A stretch of 63,771 nt of DNA, filler included, from Octopus bimaculoides (GCF_001194135.2; 7 parts of 6 records of this genome joined end to end with filler, not necessarily neighbours in it), one strand, 5' to 3'. Shown: positions 1 to 14,179, counted from the whole stretch's first letter. Program-made: numbers and translations. Notes: generated by a model not told the origin, from the sequence alone.

Positions 1-1677
1 TCCAACCTGCCCTACCACTCCCCCTGCCTCAAAAGAAATTGCAAAAGTTTGGCTGAAAATTTTGAATATATTCCAGTCACAAATGAAAATTTAAACTTTC
101 CACCACCACCACCACCATCACTACCATGAAAATCGTTAAAGATGACCCCCCCCATTTTTTTTTTAACTCAGTAAACACTACCACCACCACCACCACCACC
201 CCATCTATATAATATAATAAATAATAACAGTTAAAGAAAACAATGTGTGTCGGAATCTGTTCTTATATCCATAACTTCTACCAAAGTCTCCCTTACCATT
301 TTTCTTCCCACAAGCCTTTCAGTTCCCACATCAAACCCACTTGGACTACAGCTGTTACTCAAATGCTTAGAATTTGTCTGATGGAATACAAAGAATTTGG
401 TATTATTGCATCAAAAAAAAAAAACAAAAAGCAGAAATGATTGAGAATTATTACAGGGTTGGGATGGATGTGAAAAAAAAAAGGAACTAGAAATAGCTGG
501 TTATGTTCATAGTCACATTATGAACATCTACACACACACACATACATACACACACATACAGATATGTGTGTGTGTGTATAGATATGTATACATGTTTCTA
601 CAGATGTGCAAACATACACACATATAAACTAATGTGTATTTGTGTGTGTTTTGTATATTTTTCGTTTGTTTGTTTGTTTGTTTTGGGTGTTTTTTTCTTT
701 TTTGAAAAAGTGGGTGTTATATTCATGAGTGCACATATTACATGTTTGTGTGTGCTTTTGAGTTTACAAACAAGAGAAAGAAGTTTCCAATAAAGAAGTA
801 GAGAGAACAATTATTTATTGTAGTACTGACATTGCTCTGTGTTAATCCTCAGAGCTTCACAGCAGGGGAGTAATGGAGAGTAAATCTCATCGCTACAATA
901 TATAAATACATATGTGTATATTCATATATATGTATACCTGTGTGTATATATATATATTTTTTTTTCACACACAGACGTTTCAAAAGTAAATAGACACCAT
1001 TCGTTTTGAATTGTTCCTTTCTAGAAACAAAATGATGTAATTTGTAATATGGTGTATTTAAATACTTAATCTTGTATCTAGAACATGCCTTGTGTGTAAT
1101 CCATTGAGTTTAAAGCAACTGGTAGTGTTCACACACATAAAACAGTACGATGAGGGATGTCTATTTACTTTTGAGCTATTTGTATATGTATATATACATA
1201 TATATGTGTGTGTGTGTATGTGTATATATATATATATATATTTATGTATATATATAATGTGTGGAATGCATATATGTTGTGTGTTTTGTATCACAGACAA
1301 GAAGGTTGTTGGGTTTTTTTTTGGGGGGGGGGAAGGTGGAGAAGAAGTGGAGGTGGGGGTTTCAATTGCCAAAAGCTGCAAAGAGACTACAGAAACAAAA
1401 CAAACAAAAAATATATGCGACAAAACAAAAAAGATATCAATAACAACAAAAAAAAGACCAAACAACTTTTTATTTATTTTTTTTAACTAGCAAATTGATT
1501 TTTTTCTGTATTATCCATGTGTCTATATGGACTGGAATTCAACAGGAAGTTACACACACACACACACACACAAATTCGTAAATACTCCCCCAACTACTCA
1601 TATATATGTATATACTCACACACACATACACACACACACATGTATGCACCAATTGTATCATTATTATTATTATTATT

Positions 1678-1880
1678 AAGGCAGTGAACTGGTAGAATCA
1701 TTAGCACATCAGGCAAAATGCTTAGTGGCATTTCATCCATTCTGAGTTCAAATTCCACCAAGGTCAACTTTGCCTTTCATCCTTTCGGGGTCGATAAAAT
1801 AAGTACCAGTTAAACACTGGGATCGTTGTAATTGATTCATCCCTTCCTCCAAAATTGCTACTCTTGTGGCAAAATTTGAA

Positions 1881-1931
<51 letters not shown>

Positions 1932-2500
1932 AGGCTATGAGCTGGCAGAATCATTAACACACCAGGTGAAATGCTTAGAGGTATTTTGCTTCCACCTTTA
2001 CATTCTGTGTTCAAAATCTGCTCAGGTCGACTTTGCAGTTCATCTTTTGGGATTGATAAAATAAGGATCAGCTGAGCACTGGGGTCAATGCAATCAACTA
2101 GCCCTCTCCCCAAAATTTCAGGCCTTGTGCCCTTAGTGGAAAATATTAATAATAATAAATACCAGTGAGAGTCTGGAGTGAATAAAATAACCCCCTTGTC
2201 TCTCCCTCTCACCAAAGAAAATGTTTATAACCTTTAAGGGGACAAGTTGGCAGGATTGTTAACACACAGGGCAAAATGGTTAGTGGCATTTTGCCTGTCT
2301 TTGCACTTAAGGCGGTGAGCTGACAGTCATTAGCTCACTGGGTAAAATGCTTATCGACATTTCGTCTGTCTTTACATTCTGAGTTCAAATTCCATTGAGG
2401 TTGAATTAGCTTTTCATTTTTTGGGGGTTAATAAAATAAGTAGCAGTTGTAATCGACTAAGCCCCTTCCCCCAAAATTGCTGGCTTTGCGCCAAAATGTG
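1678..2500 (+). repeat. Cluster of three to four head-to-tail tRNA-derived SINEs separated by (ATT)n
   Basis: Heads AAGGC(A/G)GTGA(A/G)CTGG..GAATC start at about 1678, 1931, 2235 and 2309. B-box-like GAGTTCAAATTCC. Shared body CTTTGCCTTTCATCCTTTCGGGGTCGATAAAATAAGTACCAG. Confidence 0.85.
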
Positions 2501-3684
2501 AAGTCAATGTATTACTCATTAATTTGCAACATTTTAGTTATCAATTGCTGAACCTTGAGTTCAAATCCCAGCCCAAAATCTCAATGTCACTGGGGAGGTC
2601 ATCTCTGCATTTCATCATCTCTCCTTGAGGGGAGAAGTAAGGGGAAGATGGGGGGGGGGGGTCAGCAAAAATGTATTAATGAAGTGCTGGGTTAGTTAAA
2701 AGGGGTCAGGTGCTTTATTATTTGGCTACTCTGATGGTCACCTCTCCAGTTCAACGCATCTGTTGAAATAATTGTGACCCTTGTAAATCGTTGGGCCTGA
2801 AAACTGTAGAGGAAAAATAACAAAATGCTTTGATGTTACTTGTTCAGCTTCTTTTCCCTTCAAACATTCCCATATTTTGTTTTGTTCTTTTTTTTAAATC
2901 CCACTGACATTAACGTTTTTCATTCATTGCCTAAACCTGGCCACCCCTAAGTTGCAAATGAAATAAACTCTATATCGGTCAAGCACTGAATTGAGGTGAG
3001 AAGGGTGGGGATTTAATTGATTAAGAATGGTACTAGTATTAGTAGTAATAATAATAATAATAATAATACAAATATATTTTTAAAAAGAAACAGATCATGT
3101 GACAATAAAAATGCATACCATTGATGCAAAAGTTCATCAGTTCTACAAAGAATTTGCCAAAGTGTTGATGCTCAATTCTAAAAAAAGATAGGACAATGTC
3201 AACAAAACAAGATTTGCCTCCTTATATATATGTATGTTTGTATGTATATATTTGTGTGTGTGTGTGTGCATGTATATATATACATATATAGAGCAAGATA
3301 CATTTTTATATATGCATACATATGTGTATATATGCTTGTACGTATGTATATGTACCATTTTTTTTTAAATGCTTCTATTTGGGTTTATATATATATAGAT
3401 ATATATATAAATATATATATAATTTAATAAAAAATTATTATTATTATTATATTTTATTTTATTTTTTCATTTCATTTTCTTTCTTTTAAATTATTTCATT
3501 TTTGTTTAATCTTTTTGTTTCTGCTATTTTTTAAACTTTGCTTTAGCTTTTATTTTATTTTATTTTATTTTTTATTTGGTTTTATTTCATTTTCATTATA
3601 ATTGGTTTTCAGTTATAATTATTCATTTATTTGTGGTTCTTTGTCTCATTTGTCTTGAAATAATAATTATAATAGTAATAAATT

Positions 3685-4018
3685 ACAATAATGATAATGT
3701 TGGCATTCCGTCACTTATGACGTCGAGGGTTCCAGTTGATCCGATCAACAGAACAGCCTGCTCATGAAATTAACGTGCAAGTGGCTGAGCACTCCACAGA
3801 CACGTGTACCCTTAACGTAGTTCTCGGGGATATTCAGCGTGACACAGTGTGACAAGGCTGACCCTTTGAATTACAGGCACAACAGAAACAGGAAGTAAGA
3901 GTGAGAGAAAGTTGTGGTGAAAGAGTACAGCAGGGTTCGCCACCATCCCCTGCCGGAGCCTCGTGGAGCTTTTAGGTGTTTTCGCTCAATAAACACTCAA
4001 AACGCCCGGTCTGGGAAT
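3685..4018 (-). repeat. tRNA-derived SINE with head truncated
   Basis: Shares GAGAGAAAGTTGTGG..AAAGAGT..CAGCAG and ACAACGCCC..TCTG with the 59355-59673 copy, which retains the tRNA-like head. Confidence 0.75.
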
Positions 4019-4109
4019 ATGATAATAATGAATAGAGAAAGAACATAGAGTAAAAGAAATTTCGTGCACATTCTTCTGCAATGTGACTTGCAAACACCTT
4101 GTTTGTGCA

Positions 4110-4450
4110 AGTGCTGGCAATCAAACTGTCGCAATCGTTTCCAGCTTCGCCTTACTGGCACTTGTGCCGATGGCATGTGAACAAAACATTGGACTGGCTC
4201 CCATGCAGGTGGCAGGTAAAAAACACCATTTGAGCGTGGCCGTTGCCAGTACCACTGGACTGGCCCTCGTACCAGTGGCATCTAAAAAGCACCCACTACA
4301 CTCTCGGAGTGGTTGGCGTTAGGAAGGGCACCCAGCTGTAGAAACTCTACCAGATCAGTTTGGAGCCTGGTGCAGCTATCTGGTTTGCCAGTCCTCAATC
4401 AAATCATCCAACCCATGCTAGCATGGAAAGCAGACGTTAAAGGATGATGA

Positions 4451-4453
<3 letters not shown>
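4110..4453 (+). repeat. RTE 3'-end fragment / RTE-tailed SINE
   Basis: Collinear with 25960-26470, including the GTGGCCGTTGCCAGTAC repeat, CCATGCTAGCATGG and the (GAT)n tail. Shorter tails at 21600-21693, 32205-32413 and 61742-61797. Confidence 0.8.
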
Positions 4454-4485
<32 letters not shown>

Positions 4486-4828
4486 GATTTCATCGTATAG
4501 TGAAACTAATAACCAGTTGTTAAAACTCAGTATATGTATTCTTTAGATTAATGTGTTAGGCTGGTATAGAGCATAATATTAATGAATGAATGACAAGAGA
4601 ACAGCCATCATGGAATTGGCTTCAAACTGGTCACATCTGTTTCTGCTATAAAAAGCAGTGCGCTCAGAGATAAGTGCTTATGCAACATCCTCTTGCTTCC
4701 TCAGAGCTTTTAAAATAGCATCAGACCAGTATAGTAATTGGTAACTATGAAAACGAAGGCGCTACAGCATATATAAGTTAAGGTATTTATTGAACGTAAT
4801 CTATAACACACTGCACACACAAACACAA

Positions 4829-4859
<31 letters not shown>

Positions 4860-5842
4860 CATTTATACATACTTACACATATATAGTATGTGTGAGTGGT
4901 GTGTAAATATATGTATATGTTTGTGGCCAATACTGCTTGTCTTTCAGTTTTAGGCAATGTTTGTCAAGGAACCAATAAGATTCTTTCATTTCGTTTTGTT
5001 TTTCTTTTGTCTTATCACTTGTTTATTTGTTCTTAATTTTTTCTCCAACTCAAATTTGAAATGGAAAATCTATTATTCTTCAACTATAGCCAGGAGGGTT
5101 TCATATCTGTGGGAACAGAAACGAAGGCTTTAATTAGACTAACACTTAGACTAAGATACACTTACATGTTATATATATATATATATATATATAATACAAA
5201 TAATAAATTAGTATATACATATATACGTACATGTATGTACATACCTACATCTACATGTATGTATAGATGCATATCTGGGTACAGGACATTACACACACAC
5301 AGATATATAAACACATACACGTATAGTTCATTGAGAGGAGTTCTGTATGTTTGCTCGACAGGCTGAAAAATTGCAGCCAATTTTCTTTAAATTAGCCATG
5401 ATTGCAAGACCAGGGTTTTGNNNNNNNNNNNNNNNNNNNNNNNNNNNNNNNNNNNNNNNNNNNNNNNNNNNNNNNNNNNNNNNNNNNNNNNNNNNNNNNN
5501 NNNNNNNNNNNNNNNNNNNNNNNNNNNNNNNNNNNNNNNNNNNNNNNNNNNNNNNNNNNNNNNNNNNNNNNNNNNNNNNNNNNNNNNNNNNNNNNNNNNN
5601 NNNNNNNNNNNNNNNNNNNNNNNNNNNNNNNNNNNNNNNNNNNNNNNNNNNNNNNNNNNNNNNNNNNNNNNNNNNNNNNNNNNNNNNNNNNNNNNNNNNN
5701 NNNNNNNNNNNNNNNNNNNNNNNNNNNNNNNNNNNNNNNNNNNNNNNNNNNNNNNNNNNNNNNNNNNNNNNNNNNNNNNNNNNNNNNNNNNNNNNNNNNN
5801 NNNNNNNNNNNNNNNNNNNNNNNNNNNNNNNNNNNNNNNNNN

Positions 5843-5885
<43 letters not shown>

Positions 5886-6034
5886 TACATACACACATAT
5901 ATCCACATAAGCATCCAGAGACATCAATTTATTTCCATAACTTTTCTCGTAATTCAGCAACCATTATTATACATCATTGTTTGTTGTTGTTGTTGTTATC
6001 ATTATTATTATTATTATTTATTATTATTATTATC

Positions 6035-6260
6035 AAGGTGGCAAATTCATTAGAGTCATGGACAAAATGCCTTGCAATATTTAAGTTATGTCCCTTTGCA
6101 TTCTCTGTTCAAATCTCATTGACTTCAACTTTGCCTTTTTCATCCTTGTGGGGATGATCAATAAAATAAAGTACCAGTCAGGTACTGGGGTCAATTTGAT
6201 AGACTTTCTGTTCCACCTTCAACCACCTTGGATTTGTGGCCTTGTGCCTATGTTAGAATT
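6035..6260 (+). repeat. tRNA-derived SINE (same family as 1678)
   Basis: AAGGTGGCAAATTCATTAG..GTTCAAATCTC..TTGCCTTTTCATCC..AAGTACCAG..GGCCTTGTGCC after (ATT)n. Confidence 0.75.
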
Positions 6261-6870
6261 CATCATCTTTGTCATCATTATTATTTGGTTTGTCCCAGCA
6301 GGAACGATACCTTGGTTGCATGTGGAATTAAATGCATGGAAATATTAACAGCATTCCTTCACATTTTAACTTTACATCCCATAACCAGACTCAGCTTTGC
6401 TTTTTGGCTTCTCTAGGGTTGATTAAAAGAACATAACTGAAGTGCAATACACATTTAATGGGCTGAAACTCATCAACTACCTACAGCTTCAGCTCCAAAT
6501 CTGCAACGTCAACACCAACGATTATTAAGTATTATTTAATAGTAAACATAACAAACAAATGAATATATCTCGATCCACAGGAAGTGTGTATAGTTTCGCT
6601 GGATTTCATGGGAGAGGGTCATTTTTTTCTTTTATGTTTTTTTTAAATTTTAATTTTCATTTATTCTCTTCTGTTTTGTTAAAAATTTTTTTTTTATTAA
6701 TTATTACTTAGTATTATCGATTGTTAAATTAGTAATTAAATGCAGTTGTAGTTATTAACAATTGTGATTGTTTATTACTATATTGCATCCTGTCTGCATA
6801 CCTCAAAAATTATTTGCTAAGAAATTNNNNNNNNNNNNNNNNNNNNNNNNNNNNNNNNNNNNNNNNNNNN

Positions 6871-6882
6871 TTAATTAATTAA
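6871..6882. other. Artificial scaffold linker TTAATTAATTAA in a 100-bp N spacer
   Basis: Exactly 44 N + TTAATTAATTAA + 44 N. The same 12-mer sits inside N spacers at 15408, 41999, 50640, 58529 and 62547; it has stops in all six frames. Confidence 0.95.
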
Positions 6883-6926
6883 NNNNNNNNNNNNNNNNNN
6901 NNNNNNNNNNNNNNNNNNNNNNNNNN

Positions 6927-6960
<34 letters not shown>

Positions 6961-7937
6961 CAGAAACTTGAAAGCGTACTAACAAATAGAAAAGAAAAAA
7001 AGGACAAAAACGCTACAAACAATGAAGTTGGACCATAAACGCTGTTGCTTAAAATGTCAATTTCTACAAGAAAAGTATAATTTCTGTAAGAAACGAGACA
7101 CCCAAATAACTTGGTAACTCGCGTATTAACCCTATTGTTCGTACGTACTACCTGTACTTATCTAGGATTTACGTGACATTTAAGCAAATCGTAAAATTTT
7201 GGTCAGGAAATAACTAAAATAGACAGAGTTACAACTTACATGGAAAGAAGAAGCTAGAGGTAAATTTCTCTTTAGTTAGAAAGCTAGCCTATGCCAGACA
7301 GACCGACTGCTTGCAAGTGAGAAATAGCTTCCTCTTTAGCTTGGAAACTAACTTTTATCAAATATAGATGCAACCAGTGTTATAAGTTAGATAAACTATC
7401 GAAATTACATTTTATTGATCTTATTTAAGAACATAATGTGTATCTGAACAAAAATTTTGGACGTTATGTATCAATAATTAATGATACGAATGTTTTGTAT
7501 AATAAATGTATTTATTTCTATACTTGTGCACTTAGCAAAGTTTTGGAGATCTTCTCTGGTTTGGCGTAGATCGCTGTTTCTTCTGTGTCATCGCTGCTTT
7601 CTAGGATATGTTGCGCTTTCTTTGTTTACATCATAATGAACACATTCGTAGTCAGTTATAATTAGCTATTAACGACGGAGACAGCCTTTGTAATGAATAT
7701 CAATCAGCACATCCTAGTTGGTAGTGTTGAACGCCGTAGACTGAGGAAAACGTCCGAAGCAATCATCTCGCCATTTAAGCGATGTCCTTTTTCATATGTG
7801 ATGTAGTGGTGTTGCAAAATTTGACTTGTGCGTATTAATTTCCATTATGTCCTTTATATTGTTCAGATTTTCATGCATTTATTTATAAAGTTAAGGAAGT
7901 TACTAAAAATTGAAAGCCATCAGTGGCTTTTGGAGCA

Positions 7938-7995
<58 letters not shown>

Positions 7996-8914
7996 GACAG
8001 AAATATGTTACAAAACAAAATAGAAACTACACGTGGAAATGTAAGGGGAAAGTAAGAAGAAAAATAAGCGAAAATGCACATTGGAAATAAAAAAAGTAAA
8101 GGCTTTTTTTAATGAAAAGTAACGATAGATATATACCATTAGATGAACTGAGGTAGGAATAAAAGTTATAAAAGTCACACCGCTTTGCTCGACCCGGGGA
8201 TATTGTAGAAGGCATTTGCTGAATGTGTCGTGTAGTGTGACTGAACCTAGAACTATGTGATTGGAAAAAAAAGCTTCTTACCACAAAACCACGCATAAAT
8301 AAATTTTAAAAAAGAAATTGGTTATTTGAGAATGTGCTGATAAGATCAGAATCTTTTCATCTTAAATCTTGCGGTTACTTTAAATATTTTTTAACTTAAT
8401 CACGAAGCTCTCGGAAAGTGCAAGAGGAAAATGAATGCTAAAACACACAGAAAAAAATCATGCTTGAAAGCAAAATAAAACTATACAAAACTTCACATGG
8501 TTTCTTAGTGTATTATATTCCGATATTGTATTCTCTTTTCTTCTTTTTGCTACACTTGAAACCAGAATCAGGACAGGTTTTGCAATTTAAGTTCACAGAA
8601 TTACTGACGTAATCGATTGGATATTTCTAAAGAACTAGCAACAAATAAATAAGACTTTGAGAAGTTATTGATCACAAAATTATTGATTCTTTTTGATAAT
8701 GCACGCTACTCCTGATTGTGAAGAAAAAACACTGTAACAAAATGAATTTAAACATGATAATACTGGGACCTCTGGTATCAGACCTAAATAAATAAAACTG
8801 ATAATTCAACGATGATCGGATTTGAACAGTCAAACAGAGTGAAAAGAACATCTAAAACCATTAATTTCAGTGTAGCTGTGTCAGTAGCCAGGTCGCAGTT
8901 TATGCGACTAAAAT

Positions 8915-9350
8915 GTAGAGTTCAGATTCCGCCGAGGTCAACTTTGCCTTTCATCCTTTCGGGGTCGATAAATTAAGTACCAGTTGCGTACTGGGGTCGA
9001 TCTAATCGACTGCCCAACCCCTCAAAACTTTCTGGCCTTGTGCCTAGAGTAGAAAAGAATTATAAAGGAGAGGGAGGGGTGTGTGGTGAATAGTAGAAAA
9101 GCGCGTAGCGATGCCTTAAAAATATTTATAAATTCCATCCATAACGAGCTGGCGGAATCGTTAGCACGTTGGATGAAATGATTAGCGGTATTTTGCCCGT
9201 CGCTACGTTCTGAGTTCAAATTCTGCCGAGGTCGACTTTGCATTTTATTCTTTCGGGGTCGATAGATTAAGTACCAGTGAAACACTGAAGTTGATGTAAT
9301 CGACTAGTCCTCTTCCCCAAAATTTCAGGCCTTGTACCTATAGTAGAAAG
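8915..9350 (+). repeat. Two SINE copies of the same family (8915-9060 and 9145-9350)
   Basis: GAGTTCAGATTCCGCCGAGGTCAACTTTGCC and GAGCTGGCGGAATCGTTAGCAC..GAGTTCAAATTCTGCCGAGG. Confidence 0.85.
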
Positions 9351-9534
9351 GGGTTCATATCATTACTATATGTACCCTACATTATATCGGTGCAACCCCC
9401 AGAGAACTGTTATTGCCAGATGGCATCATCAGGCGGGGGCCGGCATAATAAAATAGGATCTTTTATACACATTCTCAAAAATGTTTCCGGTAAACGAACT
9501 TAAAATATATGTGCATGTATATACATACATACGT

Positions 9535-9573
<39 letters not shown>

Positions 9574-9860
9574 ATGGTGTCATAGTACAAATAGAACAAA
9601 GAGAATAAGAGAAGGGCAGAGATATAACGTGTGGTTACACAGATTGACAAAAGTTCAAAATTCTAAAAGTGATGGGAAAAACGTAAACTCATACAAAAAA
9701 AAAAAAGTAACAACAAAAGTTGTGAAGAGAGGATTGTGGGTCGAATAAAGGCAAAGAAAAAAGGAGATCGACATTTCAGTTGAACCTCCATCAAAGATTA
9801 AGAAAGAAGATAAAAGATGCAAGAAAGGAAACGACATTTATTTGAAGCACAGAAACAAAG

Positions 9861-9913
<53 letters not shown>

Positions 9914-10047
9914 NNNNNNNNNNNNNNNNNNNNNNNNNNNNNNNNNNNNNNNNNNNNNNNNNNNNNNNNNNNNNNNNNNNNNNNNNNNNNNNNNNNNNNN
10001 TATATATATATATATAGGAAAATGAAAAAAACCCCACTATTTACTGA

Positions 10048-10085
<38 letters not shown>

Positions 10086-10806
10086 AATATATATGGTCGT
10101 ATATTGCCAAATAGAGATATTAGCCTAATGAGATACCGTATGCCTTACAAATGTATGTTCTCATAAGTATGCAAAACTAGCCGAAATAAGTAATACTTGC
10201 AGAGCAATGTCTTGTCAATTTACCGAAAGTAAATTGAAGAACTTAAATCCATTCTCTTTGTAAAGAACAGGAAATCGTTCAAACGTCATTATAAAAGAAG
10301 TCATGTGATGATTAAAAAAAAAGAGAGAGAGAGAATGGGGAATATAGCAATCAATTGTTAAGCAGGATTTCGTACGTGACCTAATTTTTCCGATACGTAT
10401 TCTCAGATATCTTTAATTATTCTCTGTTGAAAGTAAGATATAAATGCCACACTTAATGTTCCCGAACCAACTCTTGAAATAGTATGAGGTTGCAAACGAA
10501 AATAACTTCGATTTTCACTAACAAGCTGTGCTGAGAAGATATGAAGAGATCCTTGTGTTGATAAGAAATTACAAAATATCTCTGCATTTTTAGGTCTTTA
10601 ATTAATTAAATAAATAGTTAACTGATTTATTAATTTTATGTTCTCCGTTCTTTATATATTTCTGAACACATCTAACTACATTATAACATAACGTAACATA
10701 ATATAATATAGTTCTATATTCAAGAGATGAGGAATGATGTACATTATTTACATTATTTTCATTTGACCGAGTTCGATTCCAGGCAGTGACCTGAATAATA
10801 ATAATG

Positions 10807-10840
<34 letters not shown>

Positions 10841-10989
10841 TAATAATGATAATAAGGATTATCAGAAGGATTCTAAGCATTTGAAAGACTACCGAAAACG
10901 TGTGGATACCTAAGTTTGCATGTTATAACCCGCTAACAACATAGATCCTACCAAGAATAAAACGAAACCTGAGTTTTGTTTCCTTTTCT

Positions 10990-11745
10990 ACTGTTGGCAC
11001 AAGGCCCGACATTTTGAGGGAAGGGGTCTTAGCGAGTACATCGACTCCAGTATTTCGCTGGTATTTAATTTATTGACTCCGACCCCGAAAGGATGAAAAG
11101 CAAAAATCGACCTCGGTGGAATTTGAACTCAGACCGTAAAGACGGACAAAATGCCTCTAAGCATTTTACCCGACGCGCTAACGATTCTGCCATCTTGCCG
11201 CTCCAAACATCCTTGATATTAACAAAATCATCAGCTGTGACATGTGAAAATCAGAAATAACGATATCACCCTCACCAAAACAATGGCAATTTAATTAAAA
11301 TCAGTTCTACATTCATTACAAGAAAAACCACTCAGAGACATTCATTGCTTAAATCTGAACTTATTACCAAATCTGTTGGATAAAAACCGCCATTTTTACT
11401 GATGAGAACATATATCGAAGATATTTTCTTCGTGAATGACTTGAGACTATAACAATGGTTGTATGATATATCCTCAATATGAATAACTTAAGAATATAAT
11501 AATGGATAACAGTTAGTTGGAAAAAAACTAGTAAAATGTTCATAAATTCTGTTAATGCATCAGGATGAGCACTGAATTTCATAAGTGTGCCAACTGTATT
11601 TCACTGGTACTTAATTTATCGACCCCGAAAGGATGAAAGGTAAAGTCGATCTGCGCAGAATTTGAACTCAGAACATAAAGACGGACGAAATATCGCTAAG
11701 CATTTCAGTCACCGTGCAAACGATCCTTCCAGCTCGCCACTTCTT
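10990..11745 (-). repeat. Two minus-strand SINE copies of the same family (10990-11200 and 11590-11745)
   Basis: GACCCCGAAAGGATGAAA..GGAATTTGAACTCAG..GCTAACGATTCTGCCA (reverse complement of the 1678 family). Confidence 0.8.
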
Positions 11746-12363
11746 AAAAAATAGTATTAATGATAAACCGTGATCCAGGAGCTTAAATCCTAGGACCAAA
11801 TACGAGGAAACCCGAAAGTTTCAGAATAACAAAAAAATTATTCCCGTGAGTACTGTCCTCACCCAAAGAAAAGTACAGTTGATCTGAGAATACCTGATTC
11901 TCTTAAAACTCTTTCGTATTTAAAATAATACAAATTCACAGATCCATCGTTCTCACAATCTGGTTTTCTTTCCTTACAGCATATCATCGCCAACCATGAA
12001 TAACACCCACTTTTAAATGCACAGCTTAACTATTACATGGGGTTTATGAGTGAGACATGGAACACCTTATATAAAACAAAGCAACGACAACAAATGATAA
12101 TTACAATAAAAAAATAGAAATTTCAATGAAAGATATCCATCACACATTTCTGTAGCGACATTCAACAAAAAGGTGTTTCATGCATTTGTATTTAAAACAA
12201 AAAATACATAGTTTTAAACTTCAAATCGCATATTACCAATGATATGGGGACTATAAAAGAAGGACTGCATAAAAACAGCTATAAAAATGTTGATATATGT
12301 GTGTGTATGTGTGTGTGTGTGTGCATGTATATATACATGCATATATATATGCATATATATACA

Positions 12364-12411
<48 letters not shown>

Positions 12412-12835
12412 NNNNNNNNNNNNNNNNNNNNNNNNNNNNNNNNNNNNNNNNNNNNNNNNNNNNNNNNNNNNNNNNNNNNNNNNNNNNNNNNNNNNNNNNN
12501 NNNNNNNNNNNNNNNNNNNNNNNNNNNNNNNNNNNNNNNNNNNNNNNNNNNNNNNNNNNNNNNNNNNNNNNNNNNNNNNNNNNNNNNNNNNNNNNNNNNN
12601 NNNNNNNNNNNNNNNNNNNNNNNNNNNNNNNNNNNNNNNNNNNNNNNNNNNNNNNNNNNNNNNNNNNNNNNNNNNNNNNNNNNNNNNNNNNNNNNNNNNN
12701 NNNNNNNNNNNNNNNNNNNNNNNNNNNNNNNNNNNNNNNNNNNNNNNNNNNNNNNNNNNNNNNNNNNNNNNNNNNNNNNNNNNNNNNNNNNNNNNNNNNN
12801 NNNNNNNNNNNNNNNNNNNNNNNNNNNNNNNNNNN

Positions 12836-12867
<32 letters not shown>

Positions 12868-12884
12868 TGTATATCTATCTGTGC

Positions 12885-12946
<62 letters not shown>

Positions 12947-13669
12947 AACCGATCTCATCTTCGATATTTGTAACGTGGAGTTTATACGATGTTTATCTGA
13001 AATTGATACAGAAAACAATCAAATTAAATTATATTAGAGTCACACAATAATATTTCTTTGAATAACAACGACGCTGGTATAGAAGCATTGAGTAGTCTTG
13101 GGGAAACTAATGATCATATCTATGTAAAGAATAACAAGACTCTTGGGAATTATGCTGATTAAATAAACAATCATTATTTACGTAGACATGAAGACTACTC
13201 CACGTAGCCGAGGACATCAATAGGTCAGATATCCACATTTTTCCCATCGCTGGTATACGTGAAGTGAAATGGCTAATTCGAAATTTTAAACAGTCGCGTG
13301 CACTCGCATCTTCCCGACTATCATTTACGAACTCTATGGCAGACGTCATTATATATTCAAACAACAATTTCTCACGGAAATTTTTCCCTTTATATTTATT
13401 ATTTATTCAAATAATGAGCATGGAAGAAAAAAAAATTTCAACAAGAAATCATTAGGGACCCTCGAAATAACAGTGGAAAATATTCTGAAGATATGTAAAT
13501 GCCATATCAATTAACTTACATAGAATAGAATGTAACCTATATAGGCAATCATTATTAAAATCTATGCGGACACCCTCTCCACTGCTGCGTAAAATATTCG
13601 TGAGTAAAATGCATTCAGTCTCTCAATGACAACACTGGATAGAACTGTGTCAATTTTTCTAGCTTTACT

Positions 13670-13830
13670 CTTTTACTCTTTTACTTGTTTCAGTCATTTG
13701 ACTGCGGCCATGCTGGAGCACCGCCTTTAGTCGACAAACCGACTCCAGGACTTATTCTGTCGGTCATTTTTGCTGAACCGCTAGATTACGAGGACGTAAA
13801 CACATCACCATCGGTTGTCAAACACAGACA
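13670..13830 (+). repeat. SINE-type repeat (CAGTCATTTGACTGCGGCCATGCTG family)
   Basis: Same motif at 47810-47960, 49650-49840 and, inverted, 60060-60095; it ends in a (CA)n tail. Confidence 0.75.
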
Positions 13831-13835
13831 CACAA

Positions 13836-13871
<36 letters not shown>

Positions 13872-13984
13872 NNNNNNNNNNNNNNNNNNNNNNNNNNNNN
13901 NNNNNNNNNNNNNNNNNNNNNNNNNNNNNNNNNNNNNNNNNNNNNNNNNNNNNNATATATATATATATATATATATACATATAC

Positions 13985-14148
13985 ACGACGGGCTTCTTTC
14001 AGTTTCCGGCAACCGAATCTACTCACAAGGTTTTGGTCGGCCAGAGGCTATAGTAGAAGACACTTGCACAAGGTGCCTCGCAGTGGGAATGAACCCGGAA
14101 CGATGTGGTTGGCAAGCAAGCTACTTACCACAGCCACTCCTGCGCCTA
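13985..14148 (-). repeat. Intact-headed tRNA-derived SINE (host family of the 5S-LINE insertion)
   Basis: Minus strand TAGGCGCAGGAGTGGCTGTGGTAAGTAGCTTGCTTGCCAACCAC..GGGTTCATTCCC..CACCTTGTGCAAGTGTC. Further copies at 49885-49980 (-) and about 55140-55220 (+). Confidence 0.8.
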
Positions 14149-14179
14149 ACAAAAATACTCTAATGTAAAAGAGTTACTG

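Noticed and set aside
6871-6882. TTAATTAATTAA as a biological palindrome or piggyBac TTAA site
   Set aside because: It is always centred in N spacers, so it is an assembly linker.
11399-11425. Hammerhead-like CTGATGAG..GAAG
   Set aside because: GAAG replaces GAAA and no stem III or stem I can be formed.
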